Shown: piece after piece, positions 1-9,665 of the stretch | Position numbering within the stretch: the stretch's first letter is position 1 | Layout: each line of letters starts with the position of its first letter | Assembly: GCA_050287085.1 (NCBI GenBank) | Contig: JBNKBE010000006.1 | Coordinates: 138,381-202,380, forward strand | DNA from: Polyangiaceae bacterium | Lineage (GTDB): Bacteria; Myxococcota_A; Polyangia; Polyangiales; Polyangiaceae | DNA length: 64,000 bases | Direction: 5' to 3' | The notes under the pieces: model-generated | What the model was told of the DNA's origin: nothing | Seen by the model: the letters and a program-made list of their open reading frames with translations, nothing else | Database searches by the model: none | Translations under genes and position numbers: made by a program

Positions 1-611
1 CCAGTGCACCCGACCCTGCTACCGATGGTCAGCTCCTGGCGCAATCGCTGAGGCATGCAGGGGCAGCGCAGTGGCTTTTCGTGGCGGAGCGAGCCCCGCT
101 CGCAATCGCCGAGCAACGTGAGCCAAGCGGACATCCGAGAGTCCCTTCGCCCGGTGCCCTGCGCCTTTGCCGAAGAGAACCACGCTTTTTTCGGGGCGTT
201 TTTGCTGACACTCCGGTGCTGCAGCGAGGCGCATGGAAGGCCATTCAAGAGGCCGGTTTTCCGGTTCTCAGCGCGGCCCAAGACTGAATACACCAGCCGC
301 CGGCAAACCTAGCGGCCGCGTCCTCGAGCCCCGAAAGAAGAGCTGGTGTTCCACGTCGGCTCGCTTTGGCGATATCCCCCTTTCGCGGGCAAACTCGGGC
401 TGGCCGGCACAAAGCCGAAAGTCGTTGGGAGTCCATGCGCGAAGGGTTTACATTCGTTTTGTCGTGCCGCCTTTGAGGCGGTCCCCGCGCCGGATTCCAG
501 CTCAAACAGACGCGCCGCTTTCACAGTGGCGGCAATTCCAGCAGGAGCGGGCAGGCGCTGAGCTCTGCTCACCGGTGGTAGGGGGGACGTGGCAGGAGAA
601 ACGGCCGCACT

Positions 612-2435
612 ATGAGTGACGAAGGCGAATCGGATCTAGAGGTGTTCAAGACAGTGGAGGGCATCGGTAGCAGTGCCCCCACGCCCCTTGCAAAGGGTGA
701 GGGCCAACTTGGGACCACGCCGCCCAGCGTCGGTGAGAGCGAAGCTGGCAGCGCGGCAAGTGCCGACGCGGCCCTGCTCGACGACACGGAATTGCTGGAT
801 GATCTGGATGATGACGACGAGCTCGAGGACGAAGCGCCCCCCAGCGGAGACGCCCTGCAAATCTTGTCCGGCGCGTCGTCACCTGCGCCGAGCCCGCTAG
901 CGGCGGCCGTACCACCACTCGGACTGGCCCCACCGCCGAAACACCTAGCGGCCCCCAGCAGGCCAACTTTGCCTCCCCCCTCAGCGCCGGGCAGCTCGCT
1001 ACCGCCGGCAGCACTCATTGGCTCACGACCACCGGCCGGGCCAGGCAGTTCGCTGCCACCGGCGGCCCCGGCGCCGCCCCCGGGTCTGCTCCCGCCGATC
1101 TCTGCGGGCGCGCAGTCTGGCAGCGACGGCACTGGAGCACCACCCCAAGCCATCGGCTGGGATGATGAGGACGATCAGACCACCGTTTTCACGCGCAACG
1201 AGCTCTTGGGTGGCCTAGGCGGACTCCTCAACCCGACGATCCCGAAACCTTCTGGAGTGCCGGGCGCGCCGCCCCCCATGTCGCGCCCGAGCGCGCCCGT
1301 CCCCACCGCGCCGCACCAGACGATCGCCTCGCTGCGGCGAGCATCAAGCCCGGCCAGCACCCCGGCTCCCTCCTCCGTGCCCCCGACGGGAACCACGAAC
1401 CGAACTCCGCTTGTCTTCGCGGCCGTGGCAGCGGCCCTGGTCGCACTGGCCCTGTTCTTCGTGTTGCGCCCCACCCAAGGGGCGCTGACCGTGACGGTCG
1501 CCGGCCCCGTTGGGGAGCCCCTTGATGAGGTCCAGGTGTTCGTTGACGGCAAGAGCCGTTGTTCGAGCTCCCCCTGCAAGTTGGAGGAGCTCGAAGCAGG
1601 CACGCACATGGTCCACGCGGAAGCAGCCGGTCACCTCGGAACAGCCGATCGAGCGGTGACGATCAGCGGCGGACAAGAGGCGGTGATGAACATCAAGCTC
1701 GAACGAGCCGCCGGGACCGGGTTCCGCATCAGCGCCAGCGGGTCCGGTCATACGCTCTTCGTCGACGGCAAAGAAATCGGTCCACTGCCGCAAGAAATGA
1801 AGGACCTCTCCTCCGGCGACCACGTTGTGACGATCAAGAGTGACCACTACGAAGAGTGGAAGCAAACGATCTCCGTGCGTCCAAACGAGATGCAAACCAT
1901 CGGACCGCTGAAGCTCAAGGTCACCTCCGGCCTCGCCCACATCCGGGCAGGAGGCGGCGCCGACGGAGCTCGCATCGTGCTCGAATCCAATGGCGACCGG
2001 CGAGCTTTGCCCACACCTCCGGTCAACGTGAGCATCGAGACCTCCAAGCCCCACACCCTGATCGCAACCAAGCGGGGCTTCGAGACCTTCAGACAGGTGT
2101 TGGAGTTCAGCGATGGCGAGGCTGAGCGAACGTTCGAGATCGTGATGAATCAGAAGGCGGATCAGGTGCCCACCACGCCAGCCCCCAATCCTGTATCCCG
2201 CCCGACCCCCGCGGCGCCGACGGAAAGCACTGGCGGCAGCGGTATGCTGAACATCAACTCGATCCCCGCCTCCAAGATATTGTTGGACGGTCGTCCCCTG
2301 GGCAGCACCCCCAAGGTCGGTATTTCAGTCCCGGCGGGAAGCCACAGCGTGGTGTTTGCCAAAGACGGACAACGCAAGAGCAAGCGCGTCACGGTCCGCG
2401 CCGGCGAGACGGCAACCGTGGTCCATCGCTTCTAG
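612..2435 (+). CDS. PEGA-domain membrane protein with long Pro-rich N-terminus
   Basis: Acidic/Pro-rich N-terminal half, one TM segment (LVFAAVAAALVALALFFVL), then repeated PEGA-like units (VFVDG..., LFVDGKEIGPLP, LNINSIPASKILLDGRPLGSTP). GGAG lies upstream of the ATG. Confidence 0.8.
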   Translation: MSDEGESDLEVFKTVEGIGSSAPTPLAKGEGQLGTTPPSVGESEAGSAASADAALLDDTELLDDLDDDDELEDEAPPSGDALQILSGASSPAPSPLAAAVPPLGLAPPPKHLAAPSRPTLPPPSAPGSSLPPAALIGSRPPAGPGSSLPPAAPAPPPGLLPPISAGAQSGSDGTGAPPQAIGWDDEDDQTTVFTRNELLGGLGGLLNPTIPKPSGVPGAPPPMSRPSAPVPTAPHQTIASLRRASSPASTPAPSSVPPTGTTNRTPLVFAAVAAALVALALFFVLRPTQGALTVTVAGPVGEPLDEVQVFVDGKSRCSSSPCKLEELEAGTHMVHAEAAGHLGTADRAVTISGGQEAVMNIKLERAAGTGFRISASGSGHTLFVDGKEIGPLPQEMKDLSSGDHVVTIKSDHYEEWKQTISVRPNEMQTIGPLKLKVTSGLAHIRAGGGADGARIVLESNGDRRALPTPPVNVSIETSKPHTLIATKRGFETFRQVLEFSDGEAERTFEIVMNQKADQVPTTPAPNPVSRPTPAAPTESTGGSGMLNINSIPASKILLDGRPLGSTPKVGISVPAGSHSVVFAKDGQRKSKRVTVRAGETATVVHRF

Positions 2436-2480
2436 AGGTGCGGCGCCAGCCGCGACGAGCCAGGGTGGACGCTCCGCGAC

Positions 2481-3392
2481 TCACTGCGCATCGACCAACG
2501 CGCCCCACTCACGCCACGACTTGACGCACTCGGCTCCGTCCTGATGGACGGGGCAGACGAAGGGATCGAAGCGAGGTCCCAGGATCAAGATCCGCTCCTT
2601 GCTCGCGTGCGGCAGATCGCGTTGCCAAGCCCTCCGAAAGCGCTCGTCACGCTGCGCGTATCGCTCGCGTTCCTCTTGACCGACGTACTTCTCGAGGATG
2701 GCAAGCGCCTCGGCGCGGGAGGCCTCATCGTCGTTGACAGCAATCGATCGCCGCATCATTCGAATCAGTGCGCTGCGCTCTCCCGCCGCGTTGAGGTACC
2801 GCGCCGCGCTTAGACACTGTCCCACGTCGCCGTCGCCCCCCTCGGATGCCAGCTCGCATGCCCGCGCCAGCAGTTTTGCTCCTTCCACCCGCCATCGTAG
2901 CTCGTCGTCGCGGTCCTTGAGGTTCGGCGCAGCCAAGTAGGCAATGTACTGACCGGCAGTAATGAACACTCTTCGGTTGTAGGGAAGGTTCTTGGTTCCC
3001 CGAAGGAGGATCGATCGCGCGCGCCAGTAGTCTTCCTCTCGAGGCGACATGGGCTGCAGTACGACCAACGTGTCCGCGAATAGATACGGCTCCGTAAAAG
3101 TCGGGTCCAATTCAGTAACGACATCTAGATAGTCGGCGGCCCGTTCGAAACGACGCTTCTCTTCAAAGTGCAGGCCATAGCTGACCAGCACATGAGCGTA
3201 CACGAGGTCAGCTACGGCGGCGCGGTGGCCCAAGCTGAGCAGCTTGGCCCCCTCGGGCCCGGGCAAGCCGTAGCCATCCGAGGTCTCTTTCAGCTGCGCG
3301 TGCGCCGCCGCGACGCGAGAGCGAGCGGGGCCAAGCACTAGCACCGCGCCCAAGAGCAATAGCCAGGGAACCAGAGCCCGCAGACGTCTCAC
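2481..3392 (-). CDS. Pilus-associated TPR-like protein (resembles myxobacterial PilG / Geobacter XapA type)
   Basis: N-terminal TM; motif LSLGHRAAVADL...LDVVTELDPTFTEPY; GTGA overlap with the upstream pilin-like gene. Confidence 0.55.
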   Translation of the reverse strand: MRRLRALVPWLLLLGAVLVLGPARSRVAAAHAQLKETSDGYGLPGPEGAKLLSLGHRAAVADLVYAHVLVSYGLHFEEKRRFERAADYLDVVTELDPTFTEPYLFADTLVVLQPMSPREEDYWRARSILLRGTKNLPYNRRVFITAGQYIAYLAAPNLKDRDDELRWRVEGAKLLARACELASEGGDGDVGQCLSAARYLNAAGERSALIRMMRRSIAVNDDEASRAEALAILEKYVGQEERERYAQRDERFRRAWQRDLPHASKERILILGPRFDPFVCPVHQDGAECVKSWREWGALVDAQ

Positions 3393-3874
3393 TCGACCTC
3401 CCGCTCGATGTCGATTGGATAAATAACGGGCTCCTTGCCAGCTAGCGCGCGGCCCGTGAGTTCAAAATGACTGTATATGCCGTCACCGTCGAGGTCCCCA
3501 TAGGCGTGGGCTCTGAAGGTCGACTCGTCAGCCTTGTTTTGGGCGTCGAAGGAGAATGAGAAGCAGTGCGGGTGCGAGAATTCGAATCCGAGCGCTTTCC
3601 ACGTTGGATGGTCCCAGATACCTGGTGCATCCAAGACGGCTTCTCCCCGCGGCACGACCTCGGGCGTCAGCGGCGCATCTCCGGGATAGGCGTGATCCAC
3701 AGGCTTGCCGGCAGCGTATTCATTGGCGGCGAGCCCTAGGCGCTGCAGCCCCTCCAAGGGCTCAGCCAATCGTGAAAAGTGCAAATTGCGAACAAACCCC
3801 GGTACCAAGATGGCCAGCAGACTGCCGCCAAGTGAGACGACTAGCACGATCTCCAGAGGACGTAGGGCGCGCAC
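3389..3874 (-). CDS. Pilin-like protein with degenerate class III signal
   Basis: A|LRPLEIVLVVSLGG keeps Glu+5 and the hydrophobic helix; C-terminal W..LGF....FS.SF and GDLDGDG motifs shared with neighbouring pilins. Confidence 0.7.
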   Translation of the reverse strand: MRALRPLEIVLVVSLGGSLLAILVPGFVRNLHFSRLAEPLEGLQRLGLAANEYAAGKPVDHAYPGDAPLTPEVVPRGEAVLDAPGIWDHPTWKALGFEFSHPHCFSFSFDAQNKADESTFRAHAYGDLDGDGIYSHFELTGRALAGKEPVIYPIDIEREVE

Positions 3875-4025
3875 AGGGGCACCTTAGTCTGGCCTCGCAC
3901 ACTTGTCAGGTGTTGCGGTGCACAACCGGACGAGGAATACCACCGGCGAGCGCGTCACTTCAGACCGGCACCGACGCCGCCAAAGCAAAGCGAGGGCCCT
4001 GTCATGGCCAGTGCGGGGCGTCGCC

Positions 4026-4619
4026 TCAATCCCCCTCGATGTAGATCTCATTGGTCAGGCTATGAGTGAGCAACCAGGTTGGAATCCCATCTCCGTCCGT
4101 GTCGCCTCGCGCCACGGCGACGTAGAATGGCTCCACCGCGGCCGCAGGCAAACCAAAGTTCTGCTTGGATGTCGGCGGCGCCGGAAACGCGTCCCCGGTG
4201 TCGCCCGCCACACATCCATAACTAAAATACACTCCGCCGTCTGCGCTCACGCCCAGAGTTCGAAAGTTGGCGCTCGTCGTGGCGTTGTCCCCGTCCCCCT
4301 CCCAACTGCGCTTGAACGCACCGGGGGTAGTCGACGGATGGAGCTTCGCAAAGTCTCCAGAAACGTCAAGATAGCGGAAGGTTTCCTGACGGTAAGCCTC
4401 CTGCGCCCCGCGAATTGAAGCCAGCATGCCGGTGGCCTCTGACACGCGAGCGCGATGCACGTAGCGGGTGACGCCGTATGATGCAATCGCCCCTAGCACT
4501 CCCACAATGGCCACCACGACCATCAACTCAACCAACGTGAAGCCCTGAGCCCCGGCTCGGAGCGAGCGCCCACTCGTGACCCGCCCGTGCTTCGTCACCG
4601 CCAATTGCTTCGTCGCCAT
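4026..4619 (-). CDS. Type IV pilin (prepilin N-terminal cleavage/methylation domain)
   Basis: G|FTLVELMVVVAIVGVLGAIA motif; start moved to the second ATG (MATKQ) to avoid overlap with the upstream gene. Confidence 0.9.
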   Translation of the reverse strand: MATKQLAVTKHGRVTSGRSLRAGAQGFTLVELMVVVAIVGVLGAIASYGVTRYVHRARVSEATGMLASIRGAQEAYRQETFRYLDVSGDFAKLHPSTTPGAFKRSWEGDGDNATTSANFRTLGVSADGGVYFSYGCVAGDTGDAFPAPPTSKQNFGLPAAAVEPFYVAVARGDTDGDGIPTWLLTHSLTNEIYIEGD

Positions 4620-4626
4620 CGGCTCT

Positions 4627-5208
4627 TCATTCCCCGTCATTGAGTGTCAGCATATTGCCGTTGTAGCTGGACGCCACGTAGTACCCAGGGGTCCCGTCGT
4701 CGTCCAAGTCCGAAACTGCTTGAATCACAAACCAGCTATCGTTCGATACCGTCCAGGCTTGACCAGGAATGACAAATTCCAGTGCGGTAGGGGTCGTCCC
4801 CGCCAAACCTGCCGTCACCAAATAGCCCATCCGGACAGGTCCTGGATCGACGGCGCCGAGCCGCAAGAAGCGAGCCGCGTCCGCGTGCGCGGCGCTGCCA
4901 GCCGGAAAGTAAAACGCCTGCTGATCCGAACCACGAATCGCGGCCGCGGTCGGGTCGCGTGGGTACCAATTGCCAGAAACAGAGGCATTGAAGTAGACCC
5001 CGTTGAGAGCGCGATACCGCTCCTCCGCCGCTCGCAGGGTCTCGATCATCGCCGTTGCCTCGACCGCGCGGGCCGCGGTGGCATGGGAGCGGAAGAAGGC
5101 CAAGGCAACGGTCGCGAGCACCGCCACCAAAGTCACGACCACCATCAGCTCCGCCAGCGTATAGCCGCGCGAAGCGTATCGTTGCTTGGCATCTCTACTA
5201 CGACCCAC
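4627..5208 (-). CDS. Type IV pilin
   Basis: G|YTLAELMVVVTLVAVLATVA motif; C-terminal SDLDDDG motif. Confidence 0.88.
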   Translation of the reverse strand: MGRSRDAKQRYASRGYTLAELMVVVTLVAVLATVALAFFRSHATAARAVEATAMIETLRAAEERYRALNGVYFNASVSGNWYPRDPTAAAIRGSDQQAFYFPAGSAAHADAARFLRLGAVDPGPVRMGYLVTAGLAGTTPTALEFVIPGQAWTVSNDSWFVIQAVSDLDDDGTPGYYVASSYNGNMLTLNDGE

Positions 5209-5440
5209 CGAACCAGTATGGCAGATCCCACGCGCACGTGCATTTGCGTCTGTATGGAGGGTAAGGTGTGACAGCGGCGCGCACTTCGCCGCCCGGGCAT
5301 TTCAAAGCGCAGCAGCCGCCACTGCGGTGCAAACGGCTGGGCGAGGCGTCGGCGGCGCGACCGAAGTCACGTCTCCCGGCCGATCCGTTCGGACCCTGTA
5401 GAAGTGGGCGGGCGACGCCGTTTTGAGCTAGAAGCGTACC

Positions 5441-6877
5441 ATGGGTGATGTCACGCGACGCTTACTCGTGGTGGACGACGAACCAGGGCTGCGTCAGGTA
5501 CTGGATATCCTGTTTCGACGCGACGGATATGAGGTCATCTTGGCTCCCGGGTACGCAGCGGCCAGCGAGATCCTCAGGTCGTCGCCCCAACCGATCCCGG
5601 TGGTGCTGACTGACCTCGCAATGCCCGACGGATCGGGATTGGACGTACTCGCAGACGCGAAGCGACGCTCGCGGAGCACCGAGGTCATCTTGATGACCGC
5701 GCACTCCTCGGTCGACAACGCCGTCGCGGCAATGCGCTCCGGTGCGTACAGCTTCGTGACGAAGCCCTTCGAGCCGGCCCAGGTCGCCGCGATCGTGGGC
5801 AAAGCGTTCGAGGCCCAGGCCCTGGCTAGTGAGAATCAGCGCCTGCGAGCGCAGGTCGATGATGGAAACCGCAATCTTCTCGGTCGTAGCGCCTCAATGC
5901 GCCGAGTCATCGATCTGATCGGCCGCATTGCCGGCACGAGAACAACGGTCCTCATTACCGGCGAAAGCGGCACGGGCAAAGAACGAGTCGCTCGCGCCAT
6001 CCACGAAGCGTCGGAACGTCGGGAACGGCCGTTCTTGGTGGTCAACTGCGGCGCGTTGCCGGACAACCTGATGGAAAGCGAGCTCTTTGGACACGAGAAA
6101 GGCGCTTTCACAGGCGCTGTTTCGCGCCATGCCGGCATCTTCCGGGAAGCCCAAGGTGGCACGGTGCTGCTGGACGAGATCGGGGAGCTGCCGCCCCAGC
6201 TTCAAGTCAAGCTGCTACGGGTGCTGCAAGAACGCAGGGTTCGCCCCGTCGGCTCCGCGGCAGAGCAGGAAGTGGACGTTCGGGTGCTGGCGGCGACCAA
6301 CCGCAACGTTGAGGATGACGTTCAAGCTGGGAAGTTTCGGCAAGATCTGTATTACCGACTCAACGTCATACGATTGGAACTGCCCCCGCTTCGGGAGCGC
6401 CGGGAAGACATCCGGGCGCTGGTGGAACAATTCGTGACACGTTTCGCCATCGAGATGGGCAAAGACGTACACCACTTGACGCCCGACGCCCTGAAGGCGC
6501 TAGAGCGTTATCCCTTTCCCGGTAATGTCCGGGAGCTGGAAAACATGATGGAACGCGCGGTGGCGCTCGCCGGCGCCCGTGCGATCGGTCTCGGCGACCT
6601 TCCTCCAGAGGTGGGCGGCGGTGCTGCAGCTCCCTCCGCCGACCTGGTTTCGCTGCCGACGGACGGCTGCGCCCTGGACGAAGTGCTCGCCGAGGTCGAA
6701 CGACGGCTGCTGGTTCAAGCACTGGAGCGCACCGGAGGTGTCCGCAATCAGGCAGCCAAGCTACTCGGCGTCACCTTCCGTAGCTTCCGCTACCGGCTCG
6801 CCAAGCACTCGCTAGGGGACGACGAGCTCGAGCCGGAATACCGGACAACAAGCCCCTCCGATGCGTCGGATCTCTAG
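5441..6877 (+). CDS. pilR: Sigma-54-dependent response regulator (NtrC family, PilR-like)
   Basis: REC domain (LLVVDDE, TDLAMP), AAA+ [22 protein letters not shown]-terminal [19 protein letters not shown] typical of PilR; divergent from pilins. The symbol rests on context. Confidence 0.8.
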   Translation: MGDVTRRLLVVDDEPGLRQVLDILFRRDGYEVILAPGYAAASEILRSSPQPIPVVLTDLAMPDGSGLDVLADAKRRSRSTEVILMTAHSSVDNAVAAMRSGAYSFVTKPFEPAQVAAIVGKAFEAQALASENQRLRAQVDDGNRNLLGRSASMRRVIDLIGRIAGTRTTVLITGESGTGKERVARAIHEASERRERPFLVVNCGALPDNLMESELFGHEKGAFTGAVSRHAGIFREAQGGTVLLDEIGELPPQLQVKLLRVLQERRVRPVGSAAEQEVDVRVLAATNRNVEDDVQAGKFRQDLYYRLNVIRLELPPLRERREDIRALVEQFVTRFAIEMGKDVHHLTPDALKALERYPFPGNVRELENMMERAVALAGARAIGLGDLPPEVGGGAAAPSADLVSLPTDGCALDEVLAEVERRLLVQALERTGGVRNQAAKLLGVTFRSFRYRLAKHSLGDDELEPEYRTTSPSDASDL

Positions 6878-6956
6878 CTTATCGCTTGCGTGTCGGCGCC
6901 AGACGCTGACTGCATATCACTACCTGCCCGCTCAGCTTTTCGCTAGACTCACCCCC

Positions 6957-8573
6957 GTGCGGCCCCCTGGCAGACATCATTGGATAATCTGGTCTGCGTT
7001 GGCGGCGGTGCTCAGCCATAGCTGCGGCTCGCCGCGCAACGACCCGCCGAACAACCCCCGAGAGACTGACGCCGGCGCGATAGACGTGCCGCCGGTTTCT
7101 CTATCCATCACTTTTTCTCCGAGCGAGCCGCAGCTCGCTCCCGGTGACACTCAACGTATCCGAGTGACCACTGAGCCGGCTGGAGAGTTCAGCCTCCAAC
7201 TCAGTCTGCCCGTCAACGAGGTCTCAGGATTCCTCGACCGCGGCAGATTGACCACCAATTCCAAGGGGGAAGGCAGTTTTGCTATCACCGTGGCCCGAGA
7301 CGGAAAGCTGACGATCCGCGTGTCCCATGCGGGGTCCAGCAGCTTGCTGCCGCTCGAAGTCAAAGAACGTCCCGTCGGAACCCTGCTGGTGCAGCCTCTC
7401 TACGACGGTGCCCGCGCGGTGGACGAGTGGATTGTAAGCACCCGACTGACAGCGGAATGCTCCGACCTCGGCGCGTACGAACTCGGTCAAACCTTTGCTC
7501 GGGATGCCCCGATACGAATTGACAATGTCCGCGCCGGATCTCCGATCAAGCTGCTGATGCGAGGAAAGCATTACGTATACGGTTGTCGCGAAGTGAGCCT
7601 GGTGCCTGGCGTCGACAACGCGTTCGAACTGACCCTGAGCGACCGCCCACTGCAGCTGGCCGGACTCGACACGGAGCTCGCGCTGGGCTTTGAACGCACG
7701 ACTCAACTATCGGAACACCTGGAAGACACCATCACGGCCATGTTGAGCCCTTTCTTCCGCCACCAGAACGACGCGGGCGCGCTGCTCGAAGCCATGGCGC
7801 GCCGCGCGAGTGAAGAGCGTGACTTCGACTTGGCCGCCGACCGCTACGACTGGCAACAGGAAGCGGAGGCCCACTTCAACGACCTCGGTCAATCCCCGAC
7901 GCTACTGCGAGAACGCGCCGACGCGCTGCTGCGCCAGGGCAGCGAACTGCTGTTTCAGGCCAACGTCATCAGCTCGCACCTATCCGGTAGCGACCGCCTC
8001 GGAAGCGGCAGCTTCCAAGCGAGCACGGTGGCCGGCGTCGAGGCCAGCGCCTATTCCGTCGTCGCCGCCATGAGCGCGGCGTCGCTGGATGCCACCGCCC
8101 CGGAAGGCATGAAAACGGGCGAATACTGGGTGCGCGCGAGCTTTCAGTTTGCCTGGGAGCCTGCGACGCTGCTCGGCGGACTCGCCGCCAATAAGCTGGG
8201 TGATCCGGTCAGCGCCGGACTTCGGCCGGCCCTCTCGGAGGCGGTGGATTGCCAGGCGCTAGCGGCGCGTCTGCACGATGCACAGGCGCGCGTCGACACC
8301 GACGGCACCTTCACCGCGTCGGCGCTGACAGCCCTCTGCGACTCGGGTGTCGAGCTGCTTTGGGCCGATGCGCTGGGCGCGCCGAACAATCGCGCAGTCC
8401 TCAACGTAGGAGCGGCCGGCGCGGCCGCCCCGGTGAGCGAAGTTGCCATTCCGCTGGGTTTCTCGGGCGATTGGGCGGGCTCTCTATACGTCGTGCCGCG
8501 GGACGTAGAGCCCACTGCCAATGAACCGTCGCTGCCCGTTCGGGGACAGTTCAATGCCTCGCAAGCCGAATAG
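6957..8573 (+). CDS. Hypothetical lipoprotein
   Basis: Long ORF; hydrophobic signal ending VLSHS-C; GTG at 6957 preceded by TAGACT. Confidence 0.65.
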   Translation: MRPPGRHHWIIWSALAAVLSHSCGSPRNDPPNNPRETDAGAIDVPPVSLSITFSPSEPQLAPGDTQRIRVTTEPAGEFSLQLSLPVNEVSGFLDRGRLTTNSKGEGSFAITVARDGKLTIRVSHAGSSSLLPLEVKERPVGTLLVQPLYDGARAVDEWIVSTRLTAECSDLGAYELGQTFARDAPIRIDNVRAGSPIKLLMRGKHYVYGCREVSLVPGVDNAFELTLSDRPLQLAGLDTELALGFERTTQLSEHLEDTITAMLSPFFRHQNDAGALLEAMARRASEERDFDLAADRYDWQQEAEAHFNDLGQSPTLLRERADALLRQGSELLFQANVISSHLSGSDRLGSGSFQASTVAGVEASAYSVVAAMSAASLDATAPEGMKTGEYWVRASFQFAWEPATLLGGLAANKLGDPVSAGLRPALSEAVDCQALAARLHDAQARVDTDGTFTASALTALCDSGVELLWADALGAPNNRAVLNVGAAGAAAPVSEVAIPLGFSGDWAGSLYVVPRDVEPTANEPSLPVRGQFNASQAE

Positions 8574-8623
8574 CCAGCGCGTTCACGGTCCGCAAGGCTG
8601 TTGGGAGGGCTCGCTCCCATCCC

Positions 8624-9520
8624 TCAGCGGCGGCGTTGCTGTAGCAGCTCGAGCGCCCGCTGATTGCGCCAAGCATCTGAGTTGAGAGACAAAGCGATCG
8701 ACGCGAACGAAAACACGACCAACGCGCTGGCAGCCCACTTGAGAAAGCGGCTCCGACGCCACGGTCGATTGTCGCGCGCGAACCAATAGCCCAATAGCCC
8801 CCCGGCAAGACCACCCCCCAAGTGGGCCGCATTGTTCAGGGGAAAAATGAGCGACAGCAACACCGTGTACACCACGACGCGGGAGACCACCGTCTTCCAC
8901 CGGGTGTCCTTTCTGAAGTAGAGCTCTCCCACCCAGGCACCGAGCAGCCCACACAGCCCACCGCTGATGCCAACCGTTACCGGAGCATGCTGCATGCGCA
9001 GCATGCTCAATTCCGGCAGCTCACAATAGACGGCCGCGGAAGCCCAATGGGAATACCAAAGCTGACTGGCGAAAAACCCGATGGCAACGGATACCAGCAA
9101 TACCAAAGCGTAACGCACCGACCCAAGGGTGGGCTCCAGAAGACGTCCGAGATCAACCAAGGCCATGAGGTTCATTGCCAAATGGAGAACTCCCGCGTGT
9201 AGGAACATGGGGGATAGCAGCCGCCAGGGTTCGTCGAAACCATCACACGCCCGGAGCGCCCCCCAGCGGAGAATCGAAGAGCGGGTGAAGCCCCCCATCA
9301 GGCCGCCCGAGCCTCCCTCCAACACCAATGCCAGGTAGATGAGAAGGCATGCCCCCACATAGAGACGGGTGACCGGGACTGCTTCCCCCAAGAGCGCGGT
9401 CCACAACGAGTGCAGGGTGCTTTCCCACCCCCGCGGAAACGACGCCCCACATCGGTAACACTCGGATTGCTCGGCGCTGTTGAGCCCACCGCATTGCCGA
9501 CACACCTTGGATCGAAGCAT
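8624..9520 (-). CDS. Rhomboid intramembrane serine protease with N-terminal zinc ribbon
   Basis: CRQC..CYRC ribbon; EPWRLL, FLHAGVLHLAMN, catalytic GISG, NAAHLGG. Confidence 0.9.
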   Translation of the reverse strand: MLRSKVCRQCGGLNSAEQSECYRCGASFPRGWESTLHSLWTALLGEAVPVTRLYVGACLLIYLALVLEGGSGGLMGGFTRSSILRWGALRACDGFDEPWRLLSPMFLHAGVLHLAMNLMALVDLGRLLEPTLGSVRYALVLLVSVAIGFFASQLWYSHWASAAVYCELPELSMLRMQHAPVTVGISGGLCGLLGAWVGELYFRKDTRWKTVVSRVVVYTVLLSLIFPLNNAAHLGGGLAGGLLGYWFARDNRPWRRSRFLKWAASALVVFSFASIALSLNSDAWRNQRALELLQQRRR

Positions 9521-9665
9521 CGTGCTGCTGGTAGGAGGTCACCTAGCGGATGTCAAATACCTACATAGGCGCGCGTCGTCAGCACCTGATGCCTCGAACT
9601 GTGGACCGACAATTTCGCGCTTCTTCTCGCGCGTTTGACGGTTCGGTGCCACGCTCCTAGGACTC

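Noticed and set aside
1..56. Possible start of a minus-strand gene (MPQRLRQELTIGSRVGCT) running off the window
   Set aside because: Only 18 codons are visible, too little to support a call.
347..362. parS-like sequence TGTTCCACGTCGGCTC
   Set aside because: Only the left part matches the parS palindrome and the right arm is absent; single copy, no parB in the window.
5306..5321. Sigma-54 promoter for the pilins (minus-strand TGGCGGCTGCTGCGC)
   Set aside because: GG-N10-GC spacing is present, but it lacks TGGCAC and TTGC; likely chance in GC-rich DNA.
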